In this document: piece by piece, positions 36,564 to 49,239 of the stretch
Layout: each line of letters opens with the position of its first letter
How positions within the stretch are numbered: position 1 is the first letter of the stretch
Source of the DNA: the human T2T-CHM13v2.0 reference genome, Homo sapiens
Assembly (NCBI RefSeq): GCF_009914755.1
Contig: NC_060925.1
Length of the DNA: 64,000 bases
Reading direction: 5' to 3' (one strand)
Translations under genes and position numbers: made by a program
The notes under the pieces: generated by a model
Databases searched by the model: none
What the model was told of the DNA's origin: nothing
Seen by the model: only the letters and a program-made list of their open reading frames with translations

Positions 36564-38770
36564 TGACATGGTTTGGCTGTGTCCCCACCAAATCTCAACT
36601 TGAATTATATCTCCCAGAATTCCTACATGTAGTGGGAGGGAGCCAGGGGGAGGTAATGAAATCATGGGGGCCAGTCTTTCCTGTGCTATTCTCATGATAT
36701 GAATAAGTCTCACGAGATCTGATGGGTTTAGCAAGTTTCTGCTTTTACTTTCTCCTCATTTTTCTCTTGCCATTGTCATATAAGAAGAGCCTTTCACCAC
36801 CCGCCGTGATTCTGAGGACTGGCCAAGCTATGTGGAACTGTAAGTCCAATTAAACCTCTTTTTCTTCCCAGTCTTGGGTATGTTTTTATCAGTAGCATGA
36901 AAATGGACTAATACAGTAAATTGGTACCAGTAGAGTGGGGCACTGCTGAAAAGATACCCAAAAAATGTGAAAGTGACAAATGGAACTGGGTAACAGGCTG
37001 AGGCTGGTACAGTCTGGGGGGATCAGAAAAAGACAGGAAAAAGTGGGACATTTTAGAACTTCCTAAAGACTTGTTGAATGGCTTTCACCAAAAGCCTGAT
37101 AATGATATAAACAATAAGGTCCAACTGAGGTGGTCTCAGATGGAGATGAGGAACTTGGGAACTGGAGCAAAGGTGACTTTTGTTATATTTTAGCAAAGAT
37201 ACTCGTGGCATTTTGCCCCTGCCCTAGGGATTTGTGGAACTTAGAACTTGAGAGAGATGATTTAGGGTATCTGGTGGAAAGGATTTCTAAACAGCAAAAC
37301 ATTCAGGAGGTGACTTGGGTACTCTTAAAGGCATTCAGTTTTAAAAGGGAAACAGAGCATAAAAGTTCAGAAAACTTGCAGCCTCACTATGTGAGAGAAA
37401 AGAAAAATCCATTTTCTGGAGATAAATTCAAGCCAGCTACAGAAATTTGCAAAAGTAGCAATGAGCCAAATGTTAATCCCCAATACCATGGGGAAAATGT
37501 CTCCAGGCCATGTCAGAGACCTTCACGGCAGCCCCTCACATCACAGACCCAGAGGCCCAGGAGGAAAATGTGGTTTAGTGGGCCGGGCCCGGGGTCCCTG
37601 TGCTGTGTGCAGCCTAGGGACTTGGTGCCCTGTGTCCCAGATGCTCCAGCTGTGGCTGAAAGGGGCCAATGTAGAGCTTAGGCTGTCACTTCAGAGGGTG
37701 GAAGCCCCAAGCCTGGGCAGCTTCCATGTGTTGTTGAGCCTGTGGATGCACAGAAGTCAAGAATTGAGGTTTGGGAATGTCCCCTAGATTTCAGAAGATG
37801 TATGGAAACACCTGATGCCCAGGCAAAAGTTTGCTGCAGGGGCAGGGTCCTCATGGAGAACCTCTGCTAGAGCAGTGTGGAAGGGAAAAGTGGGGTCAGA
37901 GCCCCCACACAGAGTTCCTACTGGGGCACGGCATAGTAGAACTGTGAGAAGAGGGCCACCGTCCTTCAGACCCCAGAATGGTAGATCCACCAACAGCTTG
38001 TACCATGTGCCTGGAAAAGCTGCAGGCACTCAATGCCATCCCATGAAAGCAGCCAAGAGGGAGGCTGTCCCCTGCAAAGCCACAGGGTCAGAGCTGCCCA
38101 AGTCCATGGGAACCCAGCTCTTGCATCAGTGTGACCTGGACGTGAGACCTGGAGTCAAAAGAGATCATTTTGGAGTTTTAAAATTTGCCCCGCTGGATTT
38201 CAGACTTGCATGGGCCCTGTAACCCTTTTGTTTTGGCCAATTTCTCCCATTTGGAATGGCTGTATTTACCCAATACCTGTACCCCCATTGTATCTAGGAA
38301 GTAACAAGGTTGCTTTTGATTTTACAGGCTCATAGGCAAAAGGGACTTGCCTTGTCTCAGATGAGACTTTGGATCGTGGACTTTTGGGTTAATGCTGAAA
38401 TGAGTTAAGACTTTCGAGACTTTTGGGAAGGCATGATTGGTATTGAAATGTGAGGACATGAGATTTGGAGGGGCCAGGGGTGGAAGGATATGGTTTGGCG
38501 GTGTCCCCACGAAATCTCAACTTGAATTGTATCTCCCAGAATTCCCACGTATTGTGAGAGGGACTCAGAGGGAGGCAATTAAATCATGAGGGCTGGTCTT
38601 TCCTGTGCTATTCTCATGATAGTGAATAAATCTCGTGAGATCTGATGGGTTTATGAGGGATTTCGCTTTTGCTTCTTTCTCATTTTTCTCTTGCTGCCAC
38701 CATGCAAGAAGTGACTTTCGCCTTCTGCCCATGTTTCTGAGGCCTCCCCAGCCATGTGGAATTGTGGAAT
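36564..38770 (+). mobile_element. THE1A provirus: 5' LTR 36564-36915, internal 36916-38485, 3' LTR 38486-38770 (3'-truncated)
   Basis: LTR tgacatggtttggctgtgtccccaccaaatctcaacttg...ctaataca; polypurine tract ggaggggccaggggtggaa before the second LTR; internal ORF remnants 37130..37681 and 37815..38222. Confidence 0.95.
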
Positions 38771-38772
38771 CT

Positions 38773-39157
38773 CACTTCATTTCATTCATTTGAACTTCAA
38801 TCACTGATGCCCTTTCTTCCAGTTGATCGAATTGGCTACTGAAGCTTGTGCATTCGTCACATAGTTCTCGTGCCATAGTTTTCAGCTCCATCAGGTCCTT
38901 TAAGGACTCTCTGCATTGGTTATTCTAGTTAACCATTCATCTAATCTTTTTTCAAGGTTTTTAACTTCTTTGCGATGGGTTCGAACTTCCGTTAGCTCGG
39001 AGAAGTTTGATCTTCTGAAGCCTTCTTCTCTCAACTCGTCAAAGTCATTCTCCATCCAGCTTTGTTCCATTGCTGGTGAGGAGCTGCGTTCCTTTGGAGG
39101 AGGAGAGGCACTCTGATTTTGAGAATTTTCAGTTTTTCTGTTCTGTTTTTTCCCCAT
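38773..39157 (-). pseudogene. L1 ORF1p N-terminal fragment
   Basis: Track ORF 38900..39157 matches the ORF1p N-terminus, then frameshifts and is truncated. Confidence 0.9.
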
Positions 39158-39717
39158 CTTTGTGGTTTTATCTACCTTTGGTCTTTGATGATGGTGACAT
39201 ACAGATGGGGTTTTGGTGTGGATGTCCTTTCTGTTTGTTAGTTTTCTTTTTAACGGCCAGGACCCTCAGCTGCAGGTCTGTTGGAGTTTGCTGGAGGTCC
39301 ACTCCAGACCCTGCTTGCTTAGGTATCAGCAGCAGAGGCTGCAGAACAGTGAATATTTTGCTGAACAGCATATGTTGCTGTCTGATGGTTCCTCTGGAGG
39401 TTTCATCCCAGTGGGGTACCCGGCCTTGTGAGGTGTCAGTCTGCCCCTACTTGGGGGTGCCTCCAAGATAGGCTACTTGGGGGTCAGGGACTCACTTGAG
39501 GAGGCAGTCTGTCCGTTCTCAGATCTCAAACTCCATGCTGGGAGAACCACTACTCTCTTCAAAGCTGTCAGACAGGGACATTTAAGTCTGCAGAGGTTTC
39601 TGCTGCCTTTTGTTCGGCTATGCCTTGCCCCAAGGCAGGCAGGCCTCCTTGAGCTGTGGTGGGCTCCACCCAGTTCCAGCTTCCTGACCGCTTTGTTTAC
39701 CTACTCAAGCCTCGGCA

Positions 39718-39981
39718 ATGGAGGGTGCCCCTCCCCCAGCCTCACTGCCACCTTGCAGTTTGATCTCAGACTGCTGTGCTAGCAGTGAGCAGGGCTCTGT
39801 GGGTTTGGGACCCTCCAAGCCAGGCACAGGATATAATCTCCTGGTGTGCCATTTGCTAAGACCATTGGAAAAGTGCAGTATTAGGGTGGGAGTGACCCAA
39901 TTTTCCAGGTGCCATCTGTCACTGCTTTGCTTGGCTATGAAAGGGAATTCCCCGATCCCTTGCACTTCCTGGGTGAGGTGA
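39718..39981 (+). CDS. ORF0: LINE-1 antisense ORF0, open for 87 codons (translation unproven)
   Basis: MEGAPPPASLPPCSLISDCCAS...IRVGVTQFSRC matches primate L1 ORF0 (MAGAPPPASLPPCSLISDCCAS...IRVGVTRFSRC). Strong Kozak context gcaATGG. Confidence 0.7.
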   Translation: MEGAPPPASLPPCSLISDCCASSEQGSVGLGPSKPGTGYNLLVCHLLRPLEKCSIRVGVTQFSRCHLSLLCLAMKGNSPIPCTSWVR

Positions 39982-40149
39982 TAGCTCACATTGCTTCAGC
40001 TCATGCTCGGTTCACTGCACCCACTGTCCTGCACCCACTGTCCAACAAGCCCCAGTGAGATGAACCCGGTACCTCAGTTGGAAATGCAGAAATCACATGT
40101 CTTCTGCGTCACTCACACTGAGAGCTGTAGACTGGAGCTGTTCCTATTT

Positions 40150-40158
40150 GGCCATCTT
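40150..40158 (-). promoter_or_regulatory. YY1 site of the L1 5'UTR promoter
   Basis: ggccatctt is AAGATGGCC on the minus strand, at the canonical position near the L1 5' end. Confidence 0.75.
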
Positions 40159-40729
40159 GGAACCTGCCAAGTGTTTTTTCTAAAGAAGTGGTATTTGTAT
40201 GTCTTTTTATAAGCATTTGTACAGTTTTTTATATAAGTGATTTTAAAATGATGAATTTGGCACCTTTTCCTCTACAGTCATTTATTATTAATACCATTGA
40301 TGATTTTAAGCCATGAGTTCTTTACACTAGGTGTTATTTTATTTATTTGCACAAAGACTGTAGGAAAAGGCTAAAAAGAAAGATAATGAGCAAAGTTAAC
40401 TACTGTATGTTTGGGGGTTGGAAATGCAAGCTTTTTCTTAAGTTAATATAAAATGATGTATTTTATTATTTTATTTCTGAAAAGACAAGTAATAAATTTA
40501 AAATTATTCATCCAAAATACCCAATAAAAAGCATTTCTCTATCTTAGTACATGGATATTATATACTCAATCCTTTAATACATTTCATGTCATTATTTAGA
40601 AAATTTCATTATTCCTTTCGACCAAAGGGAGAGTCAGAATAGCTTTAAAAAACTGATAATAAGAAATGGATGGTTTAGAAATAACCTTCCAATATTCAGA
40701 TAATCTGTCACCAAAAATAAAATAATATG

Positions 40730-41330
40730 TGACAATTGTTGAGCTCTTACTTAATTTGGAGCAATGTGTTAAGCACTTTCTAGGTGAAAATAGGTGTTAA
40801 AAATCAGATCTGGAAGTACAAAAGAATATTTCTGCCTGTGGAGATATGATAAAAAAATCTTTTTGGAGGGTTTCTTTTTTTTTTTTTCCAGGGACAAAAA
40901 CATGGAAAATAGGGGTATATCAGATAAAGTAAAAAATGGACCTGAGGCTGAAAAAAACATAGGGGTCAGAAGTTTAAACTTGATCTTAAATGGAACAGGG
41001 AGACTCTGCAACTGTGGATGCATACACACAAATTTGTATTTGGAGATGACAATTCGTTATATTGCAACATTCCAAATATATAGTAATATAATCCAGAATT
41101 AAAGCACTAGCCATAAGAACTGAAAGAAGAGGGTATATATATATTTTTAAATCTCAAAGTAGAAGTGCAATTATTTGGTGACAAAATGGATATAGATGAT
41201 CATGAACAACAACAACAAAAAGATGACTCTAGAGATTCTAATTTGTCAAACTAGAATTTCTTATTATTGAAAAATTATTAAAATCAAGTGTATTGATGGC
41301 AAAATAGTTTCATCTGAGATGTTTTAAACC
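40730..41330 (-). mobile_element. Degenerate L2 fragments
   Basis: tgttgagctcttac...tgtgttaagcact, gaagtttaaacttgatcttaaatggaacagggaga and agatgactctagagattct. Confidence 0.55.
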
Positions 41331-41959
41331 TCTCAAATGTTAGAATTTCACATAGACTAGATCAAACACAGCAGTAATTAGTAATGTTACTAAAGCATAA
41401 ATGATTCCTCTGATTTGCCCTTGTGAATTATGAAATAGTAGCTCTCAGAATATAACTTTTCTCCTAGCAACTTAGTGATATTATAAGAATTATAAAGGGA
41501 AGATTTAAAAAATACACAAGTTCTAAATTATGCCCAGATTTTGTTATACCATGAGGGGCTGTGGAGTAGGAGGCGATGAGTGGTGATATTTGTCTGTATT
41601 TCTCTTCCTCACCTCCAGCTGGAAATTAAAGTATTATAACAATAACAAATAAAATATAACAAAATGATGTGTATTCATCATGCAAAGTAGAGATATGAGT
41701 GTGTGTTTTAATGATCTAGTCAACTTCTGAATTTGGAACATATGGCAAAGATAGGAAAAAAATATGATCTGACTATAAATTTGCTGATCAGTTGGTACTA
41801 TGAATATATTGCTCTACACATCTTGGGGACTTGAGAAATGTTCATTTAAAAAATGAAATTGAAAACCTGTTTTTTCAAATGTTCCCTTATCACATTCATA
41901 CAATTTTGGTCATAGAGTATGCATATTAACAATTGCAAAGAAGAAATTTAATTATGAGA

Positions 41960-42341
<382 letters not shown>

Positions 42342-42460
42342 CCCAAATCCGTGCCCTCTAAATTAAAATAAAACATTACAAAAACATAGGTCTGAATTAA
42401 CTTGTCAATAATGTAGCCATTAATATTGAATATTTACTATTAACATAATCAGAATGAATC

Positions 42461-42820
42461 TGATACGGTTCGACTGTGTGCCCGTGCAAATCTCATTTTG
42501 AATTGTAGCTCTCATAATTCCCACCTGTTGGGAGAGAGACCCTGTGGGAGATAATTGAATCATGGAGGCGGTTTCCTTCATGTTGTTCTCACGGTAGTGA
42601 ATAAATCTCATGAAATCTAATGGTTTTATTAAGGGGAAATCCCTTTCACTCGGCTCTCTCTTTTCACCTGCCACCATGTAAGACATGCCTTTTGCTTTCT
42701 GCCATGATTGTGAGGCCTCCCCACCTACGTGGAACTGTGACTACATTAAACCTATTTTTCTTTATAAATTACCCAGTTTCAGGTATGCCTTTATCATTAG
42801 TGTGAGAACAGGCTAATACA
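42461..42820 (+). mobile_element. Solo THE1B-like LTR
   Basis: tgatacggtt...ggctaataca, 360 bp; TSD gaatc/aaatc. Confidence 0.92.
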
Positions 42821-42841
42821 AAATCATCTGTGTGACTATGG

Positions 42842-43150
42842 GTTTTTTGTTTGTTTGTTTGTTTTTTGAGATGCAGTTTCACTCTGTTGCCCAAGCTGGA
42901 GTACAGTGGTGCAATCCTGGCTTACTGCAACCTCTGCCTCTCAGGTTCAAGTGATTCTCCTGCCTCAGACTCCTGAGTAACTGGACTTACAGGTGCATGC
43001 CAAGATGCTCAGCTAATTTTTTGTATTATTAGTAGAGACTGGGTTTCACCATGTTGGCCAGGCTGGTCTCAAACTCCTGACCTCAAGTGATCCACCCACC
43101 TCAGCCCCCAAAATGCTGGGATTACAGGTGTGAGCCACCATGCTCAGCCT
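42842..43150 (-). mobile_element. AluSx-like
   Basis: Full dimer with (GTTT)n tail; TSD tctgtgtga at 42827 and 43151. Confidence 0.94.
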
Positions 43151-43371
43151 TCTGTGTGATCATATTTAAAACAAACATGGAAACACAAAGCAAAATTAAA
43201 ATAAACAAACAAAAACAACAGCAACACCAAAAGAATGACCTCATTAGTTTTAATAAGCTCAAGAGATGGTTTCCATAATTCTATACTAAGACCACAAGTA
43301 TCACTGGAAATATGTTGTTGAATATGTACTAAACGCCAATAATAATTATGCCATTCTTCTTCTTCAGCTGT

Positions 43372-44110
43372 TCAGTTTGAAATAATGTTGGGTTTACTGA
43401 AAAGTCACAAAAAATATTAGGGAGAAATTCCATATACCATACACTCAGATACACCTATTTTTATTTTACTACATTTGCTTTATAATTCATATAAATATAT
43501 ATACATCACACTTATACATAAACACGTCAATGTATGACCATTTTATTTATCTATATATATAAATAGTTGTTCAAGTTTATTTTTTATTTTTGCGCCGCTT
43601 GAGAATAGATTACAAACGTCGTGTAACCTTATCCATTAATACTGTAGTATATATTTCCAAGGAAGAAAGGTATGTTTTGTATTTCAAAATAAATTAATTT
43701 AACATTGATATGTTTACCTTATCTATAACCCACATTCTAATTTTCTCAATAACTTCTTTAGATTAACTGAATAAGTCTCCATGAGCACAGGTAATAATAA
43801 ATAAATGCATAACCAACTAACTAAAGTAGTTAATTAACAATGAAGAAAGGAATGTGGATAAATTGTAGAATTAGATAAGCAACACTTTGCAACCAACATA
43901 GTAATAATTGATATGGGCAAGAATTTAAACAGAAATTTGATAATCACATGGGGAAAAAAGTCAAGCAAATTGAGCAAAATTGACATTACCAGACAGACAT
44001 CACATACCTCCAGATAAAGTACCCTAAAAAAAGGACACAACAAAGTTTTTGTGGTATTTCTACTGGGAAGCATAAATCAAACTTAATCATGAAATAATAT
44101 TAAATCATTT
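43372..44110. mobile_element. L1MC4/5-like 3'UTR pieces in opposite orientations (about 43372-43760 minus; 43760-44110 plus)
   Basis: tttgaaataatgttgggtttactgaaaagtcacaaaaa (minus-strand 3' end); caaccaacatagtaataattgatatgggcaagaat and acttaatcatga (plus). Confidence 0.65.
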
Positions 44111-46109
44111 ATTTTTTAAAAGAAACTTGTAGCAACATCAATTCAGCTGTTATCATCCTATTTTCTAGGCCTAGCACCAGAGACACTTTCCAGAGAAGAA
44201 TTTGACTTTTCTTTTGCCCCAGACTGGCAAGCATTTAGCATCACGCTGGATGCAGATTATGACTGAGCTCTGGAAGAATTCTTTAAGGAATCAGAGTGGT
44301 AGTTGCTTATAATACTCAAGGTCTGTGACTTGTAGGCCTTTTCCTCAACTTGGAGAACGTAAACTAGAAAATAGGAAATTAATAGTTCCTAAAAATAGGC
44401 ATATATTGCTAGCCATTTTCTCATTAATAATTGTTCCAGAGACAAAAATTTCAACCAAAATTTGCTCAAGCAGCATGTTGTATAGATGGAGAATGTATAT
44501 GATTCTACCCGTCTGTCAAATTCATAAGTAAAACGACACTCTGCCATGCAAATTAAAACAAACATGCAATGCAGAGAGTGGTTAACTATATTCTCCCCTT
44601 CAAGTATATCATAGTCTTATGCACTTGAAAGGAGAATATCACTAAAATTATTTTGAAAATAAAAGTATATCTTTCCAAATCAACATTCTTGTGTATTTAT
44701 TGAACACCTGCTTACCTGTCAGAGGACTGTAAACTGTACTGAGATCACTATTTAAACCAGTTATAGAGATTACCGTTGGAAGTGGAGAATCAGTTCTCAC
44801 CAAATACTCTGAGTTAATATTCAAGTCAGCTCATACTTTCTAAGATTATTAAACTAACATCTTCCTACAAATAGCTTATTCTCATCTTTCATTAGGAGGA
44901 AAATTAGTCCTGAGTCCTCCTACCTCCCGGTACCTATCACTCACCTCTTAGTACAATGTTAGATCCTGGGTCCTTCTATCTTTCTGTACCTGTCACACTT
45001 ATTTGTCGTGGTTTGGTAGCGCTTAAGAAAATAATAGAATGCAGATTACCTCTGTTTTATATTTATAATGAAAACTGCATTGTGAGTCTGGTCACTGGTC
45101 AGTTGTACAATACCCCCTTCCTATATGATTTGGGGGATTTAAATACTGACTATGACCTGCTGAGATTTGGGGTTGTGTAATTTTTTTTCTGCTTCTTTGG
45201 CTCTCTCTGGGTCTATTATATTATGACTTGTTTGTTCTCTGTCTGTCCTCTGCCTGTCACTTAAGACTGAAACGACACCTCTTATGCTAAACTGATAACA
45301 TCAGTATGTGCACCTTTCCTGAAGTTTAAATATAGACCTCATGGCTATACTGTATTTTTAATAGATAAAAATTATTCATTCACTGTAATTACTAAGTGAA
45401 CTTTTAATACAGGCCATTTCCCTTCTTACCCTCACAGCAATTACCCGCTGTATATGACTGAAAACAATAGCATCCTTTTAAAACCAAAATGGCGATTGAT
45501 ACATATTAGATGCAGAACTATATTGTTTGCAGGTTAGTAACTGTGGGAAGACTGTATTCTTATCTGTTTAATTAATGATGTAGGCTTTTATATTTGGCTT
45601 TCATAAGAAATCTGTTGCCTGGTAACAGATTTGCCTGTGGGCTCCCAGAAGAAGCTGGGCTTTCTAAGCAAAGCACCCTGTTGTCTTATAAATAGGGCAG
45701 TAAAGCTTGCTCAGACATGCCTTAGGCATTCAGCAGTTCTTTTCCTGTACAAGTATCTGATTCCAGCTGGGAGGTTTCCTTCACCAGACACACTCAAGTG
45801 GACAAAGAAAAAGAATAGCCCCAATTTCCATTTTAGCCTAATACTATGAAGAAAGAGAAGAGACCAGAGAGATATTTGTTCTCATTTCCCAAACTGGCAA
45901 AATAAACTACTTTAGAGAAGTATTAATTAGCTGAAAATAAAAATCAATTATAATTCCTGGACATTTAGCTTTAGGACAAACTAAAGCACAGTGGGACAAT
46001 GGCAAGCAGTGTAATCAAAACAGAAACACTGAAAAAAATCCTATTTATAAAAATGGATTCTATAAGTTATGTATCTCTGAGCACGAGAAAAGGTTTTGTT
46101 CAGTCGGGG

Positions 46110-46455
46110 TAACTATCCCCTAAGCTACCTTTTATCACTTGTATGAAATTACCTTCTATTTTTTTCTGTACAGCTATTGGTTGGTTTGCTTGTTCTCTAT
46201 GCCAATACAAGTTCCAAGAGGGTAGGATGCTTTCCCTGTTTTTCTTCATCTATGCTCACAATACCTAGAACAGAAGATGACACAGGTATGTGCCCAGTAA
46301 GTGCTTTCTGAATAAAAGTACTTTAAATAGTCTATGAGCTCTTTAAGGACAGAGGCAACGTAAAATTCCAAGGTTTTTTTAATTGGTTTTAGTTTTGTTT
46401 TATTTTTAAATTTTCACTGCCCAGCACATGATTGTTTTTCAATTAAGTTCTATTA
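46110..46455 (+). mobile_element. Two tandem L2 3' tails
   Basis: aagttccaagagggtagga...cagtaagtgctttctgaataaa and tatgagctctttaaggacagagg...cccagcaca. Confidence 0.65.
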
Positions 46456-46592
46456 AATGAATGGTAGCATGAGTGAATGGATGGATAGCTGAGTGGGTGG
46501 AGGGATGGATGGATGGATGGATGAATGGATGGATGGGATGAATGAATAAATGAAGAAATAAATGAGTGAATGAAGAAAAGAAAGAAGGAAGG
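46456..46592. repeat. (GGAT)n/(GAAT)n simple repeat grown from an L2 tail
   Basis: Direct reading; it produces the HPSIHPS ORF 46439..46810. Confidence 0.9.
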
Positions 46593-46859
46593 AATAATGA
46601 AACCTCTTTCCTGGTGAAAACTGAGTTAAAAGCTACTAACATAAAAGGACACCATCTAGTGGTGACTAAATAACAACAGGTGAAAGTAGAAAGCAGACAG
46701 TACTGAGGACGTGCTCGAGAAACCAATTTTGACATAATCACTAAATGACTGTGGGTGTGTGGAAGGATCAAAATTGTTGCCATATATTCTAAGAATTTAC
46801 TATAATTCATATAATCACTAAAATCTGTTTCAAATACATATTTTTACCATTTTAAATTT

Positions 46860-47000
46860 AGCTACTACTTACTGAGTGCTTAATATATTCTAGGTACTAT
46901 TTTCAAATTATTTCTAATCTTTAACATATATCTTCTTTCATTCACACTGAGAAAATTAAGACAGGCAAAGACTAAGAGATTTGCAAAGCCTCCATATAAA
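46860..47000 (-). mobile_element. MIR
   Basis: tagctactacttactgagtgcttaatatattctaggtacta. Confidence 0.6.
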
Positions 47001-48334
47001 CTAAGTAAAATATACCTGTGCTGTGTAAAATATACCCATGTTTTGCAAAATAAATTGAGGAGAAGCATTCTATATATATATGTATTTAAATGATATCAAA
47101 ATCCAAGTAAATGTTAAGGGTCTAAAGTAAATTTAATATTTAGAATTTACCTGCAACATGGAAAAAATATTGACCATAAAAATGCTAAATCTTTCTTTAT
47201 CTTAATATCCTGGAATATTTACTTAAGAAGGCAGAAAAATCTTACAAGAATTATATACTAGGTAAGCATGTGTGATGTTTTGTTACTGTTGTTATTGTTA
47301 TTTTTGTTTTTTGGTATAAATAGTAAAGATTTGATGTCTACATGAAGTACACATAAAAAGTTTAGTCAAATTTTTGGCAAATTAGAGCATTTATTAAGAA
47401 TGGTTAAAGTCTCAATTATAGAGTATCGAATTTTGGGGGTACTATTAAATATTTCAATACTACCTTCAATTCCTTTAATTACTGCTTAGAGATTTACTAG
47501 TAGTTATTTTGTAAAGGGGAGGAGCTTTATAAACAAATGTAAATGACTTTAATGTATCCTATGCTAGCACCACAGCAATGATTTATATTAATATCACGTG
47601 TCTCAAAGTAAATAATACCTTCTTTTTCTTAAGGCAAGAGTTATTTCTTAAAGTACATTTGTATTTCTAAGCTACATAATTGGCTCTGTTAAAACAGTGG
47701 AATAGAAAGAAGTGAAAAATTAAACTCATTTAATAGAAAATATTTTCTCTGTTCTTGAAAATATCTAATCACATCATATATACTAGTGTTGCAACCTGCA
47801 TGAAGTAGCAAGTAAAATACCCATCTTTCTTTCTATACATTTATAATAGTTCGCTCCCAAAATAGCCATTTTGTTGCAGCTGTCATGTTGGAAGCACATC
47901 AACTTACTAGCAAGTCTAGGAGGGGATAGTAAGAAACGATGGCAAAGCAATGGTTTCAGAAATATAATGTCACAGATTGAGCCACGTGAAACAGAGCAAC
48001 CCAACTCATTTAATGTAGTATAAGTAAAACTGTTTTATATAAATTTATTTCTTGAAATTCAACTCTTGATTTTGAAGCAAAGCCCATAATCTAAAACTCA
48101 GTACCCTCTAAAATGTTATAATACTTTATCATTTATACCATCTGGCCCTTCTGAAAATAGGAGTCTTTCTTATTCCTGGAACTCATAAATCTGTTCATTC
48201 AAATATATATCATCATTAATAAGTAATTAATAAATATATATCTATCAAATAAGACTAAAAGTCTTCATTTGCTTTTATTATGCCCTTAGTGATACATCTT
48301 TGTAATGCTAAATAAGCTGCTACAGTAGTAGTAG

Positions 48335-48530
48335 CACTAAGTCATTGTGGTTAAGCATGCAGACTAGAATCAGGCTGCCCCAGTTCTAGCACTTGTTAAT
48401 ATTGTGACCTTAGCATTACCATTTTGCATTTTCACAGGCTCATAAAATTAAGATAATAAAAATATATCTGTCTTATGGGATTGCTCTAAAGATTAAGTAA
48501 GACCAATGATGTGAGGTATCATTATTAGCT
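48335..48530 (+). mobile_element. MIR
   Basis: tgtggttaagcatgcagactagaatcaggctgcc...tgtgacctta. Confidence 0.7.
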
Positions 48531-49239
48531 AATTCCAATAGGATAAAAGTAGCATATAAAATATTTTTGGTATATTCTACAGAAAATAAACTTACTCAAT
48601 TTAATCTAACTGAAATTTTACAAAAGTCATGGGCCTTGTAGTTTACTTCACATGTAGATACCAATCAAGAAGCAATTTGTCAAGAAAATAGCATGAGCTA
48701 GTTCTCTTAGAATCTAGATACCATATAAGTGCATATATGAGTTCAATAACAAAAAGTACCAATACTCAATTTTATTATGATTGAGCTAGAATTGTGAGCC
48801 CATTTTTCACAGAACAAAAACAAAAGTCAGATAGGAAGAGTAATTGTAAATGAAATAAGCATTTCACAGAGATCACTTAGATCAAGGACAAAACAAAATT
48901 CTAATACCTGGTACCAATTTTCTGAACTTTAAATAAAACCAATTTTTTATACTGGGCCATGAATATTTCTTCCAAAGCATATTTCCTCCAAAAATATTTC
49001 CTCTGAAACAATAATAAAAGGCAGGGAGCCAGGCATAGTTGTGCATTTTTAAAACTGTCAAGTTGTAACTTAAAAGAGTAATCCAAATTAAAAAGAGCAT
49101 TTCAGAAAAAATAGTTTATTAATCCATAGTTAAGTCTCTTCTCTAGTCATCTACAGATGAGTATTTTGGAAAATTTCAATTCTTTTCAGTTATCAGATCC
49201 TTGATTTTAGACAATACTTAGTATTTGCAGACATTTATG

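Larger units (their letters stand above)
38773..40168 (-). mobile_element. L1PA5/6-like 5' end only (5'UTR plus N-terminal ORF1)
   Basis: 5' terminus with ccaagatggcc; ORF1 start MGKKQNRKTENSQNQSASPPPKERSSSP at 39157; sequence stops abruptly within the ORF1 coiled coil. Confidence 0.95.

Noticed and set aside
37130-38222. 183-aa and 135-aa ORFs as a domesticated retroviral gene
   Set aside because: Broken by a stop and frameshifts, like ordinary THE1-int copies; no sign of selection visible.
46439-46810. 123-aa His/Pro/Ser-rich ORF
   Set aside because: Translation of the (TCCA)n simple repeat.
47780-48010. 73-aa ORF or exon in unique sequence
   Set aside because: No convincing splice pair or protein similarity; cannot be supported without conservation data.
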